In this document: piece by piece, positions 7,730 through 15,510 of the stretch
Layout: each line of letters begins with the position of its first letter
Position numbering within the stretch: the stretch's first letter is position 1
Source of the DNA: Geobacter metallireducens GS-15
GTDB lineage: Bacteria; Desulfobacterota; Desulfuromonadia; Geobacterales; Geobacteraceae
Direction of reading: 5' to 3'
Assembly: GCF_000012925.1 (NCBI RefSeq)
Contig: NC_007517.1
Location: 3,570,001 to 3,602,000 of the forward strand
Length of the DNA stretch: 32,000 bases
Program-made: the position numbers and the translations under genes
Notes under the pieces: model-generated
What the model was told of the DNA's origin: nothing
Databases searched by the model: none
The model's input: only the letters and a program-made list of their open reading frames with translations

Positions 7730-10218
7730 CCCTCGACCTTTTTCTTGTACTCATCGAGGAGCTTCTGGGCCGTCTTGGCATCCCGGGCCTCGGCCACGAT
7801 GTGAACGTAGGGGAGGTACTGGTCCGGGAGCACCAGTGCCCAGTCCTCGCCGAAATGGACCTTGATCCCGTCGATGAAGCTCGCCTCCTTGTCGAGGCTG
7901 TCCTCGCTCATCTTCCGCATGATCCCCCCCTTCATGTCCCAGACGCAGGGGACCCGGGTCTGGAGGAAGACACGCTGCGGAATCTCCGCCGCCACCCTGG
8001 AGATGGAGAGCCCCCCCTTGGCCACCAGCTCGATGGTCTTGGCGATGGCGAACATGCCGTCGAAGGCGGACTGGAACTTCGGGAAGGCAAAACGGCCGTC
8101 CATGGTCCCCGCAAGGACCACCTCGGAGGAGAGGGTGGCCTCGATCATGGCCCGGTCGGCGCTCTTGGTGCGGGTCACGGCACTGCCGCGCTCCTGGACC
8201 ATCCGCTCGATGGCCGAGGGGGCCGACACCGGCACCGCGAAGAGCCCCTTCTCGCCCGAGCGGAGCGCAAGCCCCACCATGAGCGGCAGAAGTTCGGCCC
8301 CCTCGTAGACCTTGCCGGTCTCGTCCACCACGATGACCCCTTCGGTGCCGGGGTCGAGCCAGAACCCGGCGCTTGCCTCCAGGGTGGCAACGATCTTGGA
8401 AAGCTGGGCGAGACTCTGCTGCCGTTCAGCCACTGCCTGGATCCCCCGCTCCTCGTCCACGTAGGCGTTGAGGCTGATGACCTCGCACCCCATCTGGGTC
8501 AGGATGCCGGGAAGGAGCTGGCTGGCCGATGAGTGGTTGAAGTCGATCACCACCTTGAACTGTTTCTTCTGCAGCGGCGACTTGCCGATGGTGTGGAGGA
8601 ACCCCTCACGATAAAAATCCGTCACCTGTTGTGGAATCTCGGACAACGCCCCCGGCTCCGTGTGGTGGGCCCGGCGGAAGTTCTCCTTGAAAAAGATTCT
8701 CTCCACGTTCTTCCCCATGGAACTGGAGAAGTCGAGGCCGTCGCCATCCAGGAAGACAATCTCGGTGGAAGCGGGGTCGTCAATGGCCTGGCGGAAGTAG
8801 ATTCCACCCACCTCGCCAAAGGTGCGGAGCTTATAGCGCAAGACCGGCATCGGCACCATGGTCAGGTCCCGTACATTGATCCCGGCGGAGAGGAGCCCGC
8901 CGATAAAGCTTCGCTTCAGCATCCGGCAGGAGCGGTAGGAATCGCGGCCCGAGATGATATGGCTCCCCTTGGGGAGCATGGTACCATAGGCGCACCCCAG
9001 CTTGGCCACGAACTCGGGGGTAAGCTCCATGTTGGTGAGCCCCTTGACCATGGCCCCCTCGAAGAGGGACTTTTTCCACTTTTCACCCCAGATGAGGTTG
9101 CCGGTGACGGTGGCCCCGGCCTCGATCACCTTCCGGGGCCAGATCTTCACGTCCCGCTTGATGTAGGCCTCCTCGCCGATGGAGGTGTCGTCGGCCACGA
9201 TGACCCCCTCCTCCATGACGACCCCGTGCCCGACCCGCACATTGCTGCAGAGGACGCCGTCGTTGAGCTTCGCCCCCTTCTTCACGTAGACGTTGTCCCA
9301 GATGACGCAGCGGTTGAGGCGGACCCCCGGCTCGATGGTACAGTTGCGGCCGATAACCGTGTCCTTGATGTGGGCGCTCTCGAAGACCTGGGAGTTGTCC
9401 CCCACGACCACCGTTCCCTCCAGGGTGACATGCTCGTCCAGGTTCACGTCGCTCCCAAGCCGCAGATCCTTCCCCACCAGGTCCTGCTTCGCCTCGTCGA
9501 TCTTTACGTTTACCTTCCCCTTGAAGATGTCGTGATGGGCCTCACGGTAGGAGTCGGTGTTGCCGATGTCGCGCCAGTACCCCTTTGCGGTGTAGCCGAA
9601 GAGGGGCTTCTGCTGCTCCAGGAGTTTCGGGAAGAGGTCCTGGGAGAAGTCGTAGTTCTCCTCCTCCGGGATATGGGCGAAAATTTCCGGCTCGAAGACG
9701 TAGATGCCGGTGTTGATGGTATCTGATATCACCTCCCCCCACCCCGGCTTTTCCAGGAACTGGGTGATCCGCTTTTCCTTGTCGGTGATGACGACCCCGA
9801 ACTGGAGCGGGTCCTTCACCGAGGTGAGGGTGATGGTGGCCAGGGCCTTGTTGTCCTCGTGGGAGTCGATGATCTTCTGGAGGTTGAAGTCGGTGAGGAG
9901 GTCACCGCTGATGACGAGGAACCGCTCGTCCAGGAACTTCTCGGCGCACTTGACGGCCCCGGCGGTCCCCATGTCCTGGAGGGGGGTGACGTAGGTGATC
10001 TTGACGCCGAAGTCGGTGCCGTCCCGGAAAAAGTTCTTGATGACCGCCGGCTGGTGGTAAAGGAGCATTACGAGATCGGTGATCTCGTACTTCTTCAGCA
10101 ATTCTACGATATGGAGCATGATGGGGCGGTTCAGCAGCGGGATCATCGGTTTCGGGATGCTGCTCGTGAGGGGTTGGATGCGGGTCCCGAACCCGCCTGC
10201 CATAATGACTGCTTTCAT
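7708..10218 (-). CDS. fusion protein: sugar-1-phosphate nucleotidyltransferase + left-handed beta-helix domain + phosphoglucomutase/phosphomannomutase-like C-terminal half
   Basis: 836 aa, with AAGGAG 6 nt upstream of the ATG. The N-terminus MKAVIMAGGFGTRIQPLTSSIPKPMIPL is the GxGTRxxPLT nucleotidyltransferase motif. Residues about 250-375 are hexapeptide-repeat-like. From about residue 385 (LFEGAMVKGLTNMELTPEFVAKLGCAYG) it resembles the alpha-D-phosphohexomutase fold, but the signature motifs look degenerate (see findings). Confidence 0.85.
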   Translation of the reverse strand: MKAVIMAGGFGTRIQPLTSSIPKPMIPLLNRPIMLHIVELLKKYEITDLVMLLYHQPAVIKNFFRDGTDFGVKITYVTPLQDMGTAGAVKCAEKFLDERFLVISGDLLTDFNLQKIIDSHEDNKALATITLTSVKDPLQFGVVITDKEKRITQFLEKPGWGEVISDTINTGIYVFEPEIFAHIPEEENYDFSQDLFPKLLEQQKPLFGYTAKGYWRDIGNTDSYREAHHDIFKGKVNVKIDEAKQDLVGKDLRLGSDVNLDEHVTLEGTVVVGDNSQVFESAHIKDTVIGRNCTIEPGVRLNRCVIWDNVYVKKGAKLNDGVLCSNVRVGHGVVMEEGVIVADDTSIGEEAYIKRDVKIWPRKVIEAGATVTGNLIWGEKWKKSLFEGAMVKGLTNMELTPEFVAKLGCAYGTMLPKGSHIISGRDSYRSCRMLKRSFIGGLLSAGINVRDLTMVPMPVLRYKLRTFGEVGGIYFRQAIDDPASTEIVFLDGDGLDFSSSMGKNVERIFFKENFRRAHHTEPGALSEIPQQVTDFYREGFLHTIGKSPLQKKQFKVVIDFNHSSASQLLPGILTQMGCEVISLNAYVDEERGIQAVAERQQSLAQLSKIVATLEASAGFWLDPGTEGVIVVDETGKVYEGAELLPLMVGLALRSGEKGLFAVPVSAPSAIERMVQERGSAVTRTKSADRAMIEATLSSEVVLAGTMDGRFAFPKFQSAFDGMFAIAKTIELVAKGGLSISRVAAEIPQRVFLQTRVPCVWDMKGGIMRKMSEDSLDKEASFIDGIKVHFGEDWALVLPDQYLPYVHIVAEARDAKTAQKLLDEYKKKVEGWKRELQ

Positions 10219-10258
10219 GGGATGCTCCTTTTTATGTATTGAGCGAGGTAGTGAGGGA

Positions 10259-10303
10259 GCGAGGTCGCGAGATAGTATTGATTAAACTACCTCGCGACCT
10301 CGC
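10259..10303. repeat. strong intercistronic hairpin (18-bp stem, 1 mismatch, 9-nt loop) within a larger imperfect palindrome 10241-10320
   Basis: gcgaggtcgcgagatagt (10259-10276) pairs with actacctcgcgacctcgc (10286-10303); the loop is attgattaa. The flanks repeat CGAG/CTCG words at 4/8-nt spacing. No U-tract follows on the transcribed (minus) strand, so it is not a canonical terminator. Confidence 0.6.
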
Positions 10304-10315
10304 CATCTCGCCACC

Positions 10316-10678
10316 TCACTTCCCTTTCTTCACCAGAACCCGCTTGACCTCCTCCTTGAGCTCCGTGAGGTCGCTGGACTTCACCACGTAGCCGTCGGCG
10401 AGCCAGGCGGAAAAATCATCTTTGAAACAGGAGAAGGCGGTGCAGAGGATCACCGGCAGGTTGTGGCGTTCCTTGACAACCTTCTGGAGGAGGTCGAGGC
10501 CGCTCTCGTTCTTGAGCTTGATATCGAGGACGATCAGGTCGAACTCACTCTCCTTGATCTTCTCCACCGCCTCGGCGGCAGTGGCGGCGGTGGCCACTTC
10601 GTGCCCATCGTCAGCCAGTTCCTGGGAATAGAGCAGCCTGATGCTGCTTTCATCGTCCACCACCAGCAGTCGTGCCAT
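10316..10678 (-). CDS. single-domain response regulator (CheY-like receiver)
   Basis: 120 aa: MARLLVVDDESSIRLLY...DLIVLDIKL...PVILCTAF...K. This has the receiver acidic pocket, the phospho-acceptor D in LDIKL, and the conserved T/K. The start follows the kinase stop as TAACATG. Confidence 0.9.
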   Translation of the reverse strand: MARLLVVDDESSIRLLYSQELADDGHEVATAATAAEAVEKIKESEFDLIVLDIKLKNESGLDLLQKVVKERHNLPVILCTAFSCFKDDFSAWLADGYVVKSSDLTELKEEVKRVLVKKGK

Positions 10679-10679
10679 G

Positions 10680-12302
10680 TTACGTCTCCTCCCTGTTCAC
10701 GGGTAGTTTGATGATATACCGGGTTCCCCCGCCAGGCGGGGTATCAACCTCGAAGAGGTTGCCGTGCTTCTCCATAATCGTCTTGCAGATGGCCACGCCG
10801 AGGCCGGAACCGAGTTCCTCGGTGGAGCCGAAGGGGGTTGTCATGGCATCGATGCTTTCCCGGCTCAAGGCGACGCCGTTGTCCGATATTTCCACAAGGA
10901 TCCAGCCGTTTTCCCGACGGGTTTCGGCCCTGATCTCCCCCCCCTCCGGCATACCTTCCATGGCCGTATTGACGATGGTTCTGACACAGTAAGCCACCTG
11001 CTTGTAATCAATGCGGGCCGGCGGCAGGCCTGTGTCGAGCCGGAGGCGGCAAGCCACCCGCCGCTCGTGGAGCCGGCCGTTCAACTCGCGGCAGACAGCA
11101 CTCACCAGTTGGTTCACGTCCCAGATATCCAAGGTCGGGTAGAGGGAATCGGAGTAGTTGAGAATATCCTCCAGAACTTCCTCCAACTGGCGCACCTGCT
11201 GGCCAATGGACTCCAGGTACTCCCGCTGGGGGTCGTCATCGGCAGCCCCCCGCAGGAGCGTGCGGGCAAACCCGCCGATGATCATGAGGGGATTGCGGAT
11301 GGAGTGGGCGATGCTGGAGGTGATCTTCCCCACGAGCGCCATCCGCTCCATCCTGACGATCAGCTCCTGCTGCTCCTTGAGCTTCACGTTGGCGGCCGTC
11401 ACCTTGAGGAGCTCCTCCTGGAGCCGCTCGTAGAGCGAGGCACGTTCGATGGCGAAGGCCACGGAGAAGGCGAAGGTCTCCAGGGATTGCACGTCCTGGG
11501 GGGTGATCTGCTTGTGGGTGATGCAATTGTCGGAGATGATCACCCCGATCCGGCGGTTGCGGGAGATGAGCGGCGTGATGAGGAAGGTATCCACCCCCAG
11601 GGCCTGAACCAGGGAGTGATCACATTCGGGGTTCTGGAAGGCGTTCTCCACCAGGATCGGCCTCTTTTCCCGCAACGCCCGGACGAGAACATGGTTCGGG
11701 TCCGACAGGGGGATGGTCATCCGCTTGAGGACGTCGTGGAACTTCTGCTTCTCGGAGGTGAGCTTGGTCTGGTAGAAGTCCCTGGCCATCTCCTTGAGGG
11801 TAAAGTCGTCCCGCTGGATATCCTCCCATATCTCCCACGCCTCGCCGAAGGTCAGGGGGCCCACACCCAGGTACCCCCGGAGAAATTTCCGCTCTTTGTC
11901 GGCAAGCAGGAGGAAGGCCCGGTTCATGCCGAACCCCTTGCCGGCGGTGATGGCGGTCATTACCACCGAAAGGACTTCGTCCAGGTCGACGGAGGTCTGG
12001 AGAACGAGGCTGATCTCGTGGAGGAACTTAATCTCCCGTTCCCGGCTGTCGAGAAAACTGACCATGGACTGGAGCTTTCCCCGCTGTTCCCTGACTTCGC
12101 CGAGCAGGAACGAAACCACTTCTCCCAGGGGATTTCCCGACTCCTGCATCTTCTGCAGGTCATTACGGAAATTGGGACAGTCGATGCACTTTTCAAGGAT
12201 CCGCCGCTGGTAGGAGGTGTAGAGAACCTCCTCCCCCTCGCCGATATTCGGACATCCTCCCGGTTCAACCACTTTTCTGTGCCAACAACAGACCCAATCC
12301 AC
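10680..12302 (-). CDS. cytoplasmic sensor histidine kinase with a Cys-rich N-terminus, GAF domain, HisKA and HATPase_c
   Basis: H-box ITSSIAHSIRNPL. The ATPase region has EISDNGVAL and GSGLGVAICKTIMEKHG. The GAF-like region is LVLQTSVDLDEVLSVVMTAITAGKGFGMNRAFLLL. There are no TM segments. The start is uncertain: the track start at 12350 lies inside the -10 hexamer of the best promoter, so I place it at the GTG at comp. 12300-12302 (GGGAGA 6 nt upstream). Confidence 0.85.
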   Translation of the reverse strand: MDWVCCWHRKVVEPGGCPNIGEGEEVLYTSYQRRILEKCIDCPNFRNDLQKMQESGNPLGEVVSFLLGEVREQRGKLQSMVSFLDSREREIKFLHEISLVLQTSVDLDEVLSVVMTAITAGKGFGMNRAFLLLADKERKFLRGYLGVGPLTFGEAWEIWEDIQRDDFTLKEMARDFYQTKLTSEKQKFHDVLKRMTIPLSDPNHVLVRALREKRPILVENAFQNPECDHSLVQALGVDTFLITPLISRNRRIGVIISDNCITHKQITPQDVQSLETFAFSVAFAIERASLYERLQEELLKVTAANVKLKEQQELIVRMERMALVGKITSSIAHSIRNPLMIIGGFARTLLRGAADDDPQREYLESIGQQVRQLEEVLEDILNYSDSLYPTLDIWDVNQLVSAVCRELNGRLHERRVACRLRLDTGLPPARIDYKQVAYCVRTIVNTAMEGMPEGGEIRAETRRENGWILVEISDNGVALSRESIDAMTTPFGSTEELGSGLGVAICKTIMEKHGNLFEVDTPPGGGTRYIIKLPVNREET

Positions 12303-12349
12303 TGACCATCTCCCGAGAGGGTTGATTTTATGCGCGACACAACAGCACA

Positions 12350-12377
12350 ATTATACCAGCAGACAGCACCTTTTCAA
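12350..12377 (-). promoter_or_regulatory. strong sigma70 promoter (TTGAAA-16-TGgTATAAT, extended -10) with an A/T-rich UP element, driving the kinase/response-regulator operon
   Basis: The minus strand reads ...gattaattaataaaacctttaccgtcTTGAAAaggtgctgtctgcTGgTATAATtgtg. The -35 is comp. 12372-12377 and the -10 is comp. 12350-12355. The UP-like tract is 12385-12405. Confidence 0.5.
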
Positions 12378-12803
12378 GACGGTAAAGGTTTTATTAATTA
12401 ATCAGTTCACCAAATATCCGCTCCACCAAGGAGAGCTTGAACGCGTGCTTCTTCATTGGATACTCATCGGCACTCCACAAAAATTCATGAATATTTTTTC
12501 GAGAGGAGGCACTTACAACCATGATCATGTCAAAGCAGTTACTGATGAGAATAGGCGCCAGCGCCTGCCTCCTGAGTGAACGGGGAAGCTCGGGACTCAA
12601 CGATGTCACGGTGTATCGCAAGGGGATGCGGCGGTAAGGGGGCGGGGGCTCTTCGCCAACGCGGTGACGGAGCATTCCCCCACCTGCCGGAGGAGGAACG
12701 GCTCCGCGACCGGGAGCTTATGAAAAGCTTCATCGAACGGATCTTCGCCTATCGGCGATGGAAGGAGAGGCTCTCCGCGGACAGGTAGCAATCCCGTCGA
12801 CAC

Positions 12804-14177
12804 TCACGCGGCAGGAGGCTTCCGCCTTTTCCCCCGGCGCCGCCGGCGTTTCGGGGGAGCTTCTCCTCCGCCGGTCGCCGGCTCCACCGGCGGCATGACG
12901 CTTTCCCGGGCGTAGCGCTCCCACCAGGCGAGAATTTTCCCACCCTCCCCCGTCACCGCGCACCGGCAACGGAGGTAGGCCAGGGCCTCGGCAAAGCAGG
13001 ATCGGGCAAGTACCCCCTGAGGCCGCTTCCCCGGTATCTTCCGGAGACGGTGCTGAATCAGCAGAATCTCCCGCACAGCGAGCGCGATCCGCTGGGGAAT
13101 GGCAATGATCGGCGCCTGCTCGCCAAGAAAGCCGGCCATTGCCGCGTTGACCGCGTCCGGCACCGGCATCCCCGCATCAGCCAACTCCGCGGCCCGTTCC
13201 TCCACGTACTCGCCGAACATGAGGGCGAGAAGGAGGGGGGGCGAGACCGGCTCTCCGCCCCCCACCTGATCGTCCGCCCACTCCAGGGCCTTGCCGACCT
13301 GGGAATGGGGAAAACCGTCGATCTCCCGGTCGAGCCAGGCGCTGAAACGGGGAAAGAGATGACTGAAAAGCCCTGCCTGGCGGAGCAGCTGGTAGACCCG
13401 CTCCCCTTCACCCGAGAGGAAGAGCTTCAGCACCTCCTCGTAGAGTCGGGGGGCCGTGGCCCGGGTGATGGCGGGGGCCAGCTCCCGGATTGCCTGCCAG
13501 GTGGCATCCTCCACGGTGAAACCCAGGGTGGCGGCAAAGCGCACCGCCCTCAGCATCCGGACGGGGTCTTCCGTGAAGCGGACAAGGGGATCGCCGATGG
13601 TCCGGATCACCCCCCGCCGCAGGTCTTCCATGCCATTCGCATAGTCGATGATGGAAAAATCCGCGATGTTGTAAGCCAGGGCGTTCACGGTGAAGTCCCG
13701 CCGCACGGCGTCCTCTTCAGGGGTCCCGAAGACGTTGTCCCGCAGCACCATTCCCTCGTCGCTCACCACATGGCGGGGCAGCCGGGGGCGCTCCCCCTCG
13801 CCGGGCACGTTCTCCGGGGAGACCGGAGCAGGCGCGGTATCTTCGGGCTCCTCCGGCGCCAGGGCCCGGAAAGTGGCAACCTCGATAATCTCGTCCTGGT
13901 AATGGATGTGGGCGAGCCGGAACCTGCGCCCCACCAGACGGCAGTTGCGGAACAGCCGCTTCACCTGGTTTGGGGTGGCGTTGGTGGCCACATCGAAATC
14001 CTTGGGTTCGCGTCCCAGCAGGAGGTCGCGGACGCATCCTCCCACGAGGTAGGCAATGCAGCCGTTATCCTTGAGACGGTAGAGAACCCGGAGTGCGTTG
14101 GGGCTCACTTGGGAGCGGGAGATGGGATGATCGGGGCGGGGGATGATGACTGGTTCGCTGTTCATAGGGGTTTTCAT
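12804..14177 (-). CDS. pcnB: poly(A) polymerase I
   Basis: LRVLYRLKDNGCIAYLVGGCVRDLLLGREPKDFDVATNATPNQVKRLFRNCRLVGRRFRLAHIHY carries the PcnB-specific RLVGRRFRLAH motif. The C-terminal tail is basic (PKRRRRRGKRRKPP). Start taken at the first ATG (MKTPMNSE, comp. 14175-14177). The track start at 14195 is a TTG inside the IS target duplication. No obvious SD. Confidence 0.9.
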   Translation of the reverse strand: MKTPMNSEPVIIPRPDHPISRSQVSPNALRVLYRLKDNGCIAYLVGGCVRDLLLGREPKDFDVATNATPNQVKRLFRNCRLVGRRFRLAHIHYQDEIIEVATFRALAPEEPEDTAPAPVSPENVPGEGERPRLPRHVVSDEGMVLRDNVFGTPEEDAVRRDFTVNALAYNIADFSIIDYANGMEDLRRGVIRTIGDPLVRFTEDPVRMLRAVRFAATLGFTVEDATWQAIRELAPAITRATAPRLYEEVLKLFLSGEGERVYQLLRQAGLFSHLFPRFSAWLDREIDGFPHSQVGKALEWADDQVGGGEPVSPPLLLALMFGEYVEERAAELADAGMPVPDAVNAAMAGFLGEQAPIIAIPQRIALAVREILLIQHRLRKIPGKRPQGVLARSCFAEALAYLRCRCAVTGEGGKILAWWERYARESVMPPVEPATGGGEAPPKRRRRRGKRRKPPAA

Positions 14178-14187
14178 AGCACACAAC

Positions 14188-14196
14188 GGGGACAAA
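14188..14196. repeat. left copy of the 9-bp target-site duplication GGGGACAAA
   Basis: Identical 9-mer at 15511-15519, immediately outside the IS inverted repeats. Confidence 0.8.
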
Positions 14197-15510
14197 TACT
14201 ACTGTCCGGTAAACTTTGATTGTACAGCTGTAACTTGTTGAACTTTATTGCTCTTTGGCACAATTGTTCTTTTTTCGACATGAATTCGTTCTGGGTGTAG
14301 CCTTCCTCCCTTTACAGGAGGGGAGCAATGCACACCGGTCCGACCGTTTTCAAACAACTTCTGCAGTTTCTGCCCCGGTACGAATTCAATCTCTGCGTTC
14401 GCCGACACCGTGGCGAGTATCGGGAGAAGAAGTTCTCGACCTATGACCAGTTCCTCTGCCTGGCTTATGCCCAGATGGCTGGCCGTGAGAGCTTGCGGGA
14501 TATCGAGACCTGCCTGAACTCCCACCAGGAGAAGCTGTACCACATCGGCTTTCGTGGTGATGTCTCCCGCACGACCCTTGCCGACGCGAACGAGCGCAGG
14601 GACTGGCGTATCTTCCAAGACTTCGGTCATGTACTGATCGGCATAGCTCAGCAGCTGTACCAGGCTGATGCCATCGCCGTTGAGCTTACGCAACCGCTCT
14701 ACGCCTTTGACTCGACCACTATCGACCTGTGCCTTACGCTGTTCCCATGGGCCGAGTTCCGCAAAACCAAGGCGGCGGTCAAGATGCATACGCTCATTGA
14801 TCTGCGTGGTCCCATTCCAACCTGGGTCACTATTACCACTGGCAAGGTCCACGATGTCAGGATGCTGGACCATCTGCCGGTTGCAAAGGATGCCATTTAC
14901 ACGATGGACAGAGGGTATGTCGATTTTGCCCGGCTCCACTCCATCCACAAGCAGGGAGCATTCTTCGTAGTTCGGGCAAAGGACAACCTGAAATGCCAGC
15001 GGTTATATTCCCATCCGAAGGACAAGGAATCAGGTGTACGGGCAGACCAGATTATCACCCTGGTGACGCAGAAGTCGAAAAAGGGGTATCCGGAGAAACT
15101 GCGCCGGGTCAGCTATGTTGACAAAGAACGGAACAAGCGACTCGTATTTCTCACGAACAACTTCGAGATTCCGGCAGCGACGGTGGCTGCGATTTACAAG
15201 CAGCGCTGGCAGGTGGAGCTGTTTTTCAAATGGATCAAACAGCACCTGCGGATCAAGTCGTTCATCGGAACGTCAGTCAATGCCGTGAAGAGCCAGATAT
15301 GGGTTGCCTTGTGCATCTATCTGCTGGTGGCGATCACGAAAAAGAAGTTGGGGGTTCCGTGTTCGCTCTACACTTTTCTACAGATTCTGGAGGTCAACTT
15401 GTTCGAGAAAAAGCCCATTTCATCGCTGGTTGCGGAGGCTCTCAAGCGAAATGCTGATTATCCTGAGCGCAACCAACTGAACTTATTCAACTATTAACCG
15501 GACAGTAGTG
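14197..15510 (+). mobile_element. intact IS4-family insertion sequence (1,314 bp)
   Basis: Terminal inverted repeats ACTACTGTCCGGT (14198-14210) and ACCGGACAGTAGT (15497-15509) are 13/13, with partial similarity further inward. It carries a single full-length DDE transposase ORF and is flanked by the 9-bp direct repeats GGGGACAAA. Confidence 0.9.
14328..15497 (+). CDS. IS4-family DDE transposase
   Basis: 389 aa, with RBS AGGAGGGGAG upstream. Catalytic-region motifs are AFDSTTIDL, YTMDRGYVDF and the IS4 signature Y(2)R(3)E(6)K in YKQRWQVELFFKWIK. The stop codon lies in the right inverted repeat. Confidence 0.95.
   Translation: MHTGPTVFKQLLQFLPRYEFNLCVRRHRGEYREKKFSTYDQFLCLAYAQMAGRESLRDIETCLNSHQEKLYHIGFRGDVSRTTLADANERRDWRIFQDFGHVLIGIAQQLYQADAIAVELTQPLYAFDSTTIDLCLTLFPWAEFRKTKAAVKMHTLIDLRGPIPTWVTITTGKVHDVRMLDHLPVAKDAIYTMDRGYVDFARLHSIHKQGAFFVVRAKDNLKCQRLYSHPKDKESGVRADQIITLVTQKSKKGYPEKLRRVSYVDKERNKRLVFLTNNFEIPAATVAAIYKQRWQVELFFKWIKQHLRIKSFIGTSVNAVKSQIWVALCIYLLVAITKKKLGVPCSLYTFLQILEVNLFEKKPISSLVAEALKRNADYPERNQLNLFNY

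Noticed and set aside
5393-7804. 803-aa ORF on the + strand
   Set aside because: It is entirely antisense to the well-supported GH57 and GalT-like genes. Its Gly/Pro/Arg/Ala/Val-rich low-information composition is typical of the reverse frame of GC-rich coding DNA, and it has no motif, RBS or recognisable domain.
10764-12305. 513-aa ORF on the + strand
   Set aside because: It is the antisense shadow of the histidine kinase gene, and no domain is recognisable.
12394-12788. Overlapping 60-93-aa track ORFs in the pcnB-kinase spacer (12394-12675 -, 12539-12733 -, 12576-12788 +, 12606-12803 -)
   Set aside because: They are mutually exclusive, with no RBS, no recognisable motif and Arg/Pro/Gly-rich composition. 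The region is kept as an unexplained-spacer finding rather than as coding features.
14256-14270. sigma54-like TGGCACaattgTTCT in the IS left end
   Set aside because: The -12 element lacks GC (TTCT), so I do not consider it a functional sigma54 promoter.
14199-14948. 249-aa ORF on the - strand inside the IS element
   Set aside because: It is antisense to the transposase, which carries the full DDE/Y(2)R(3)E(6)K signature. It has no independent support.
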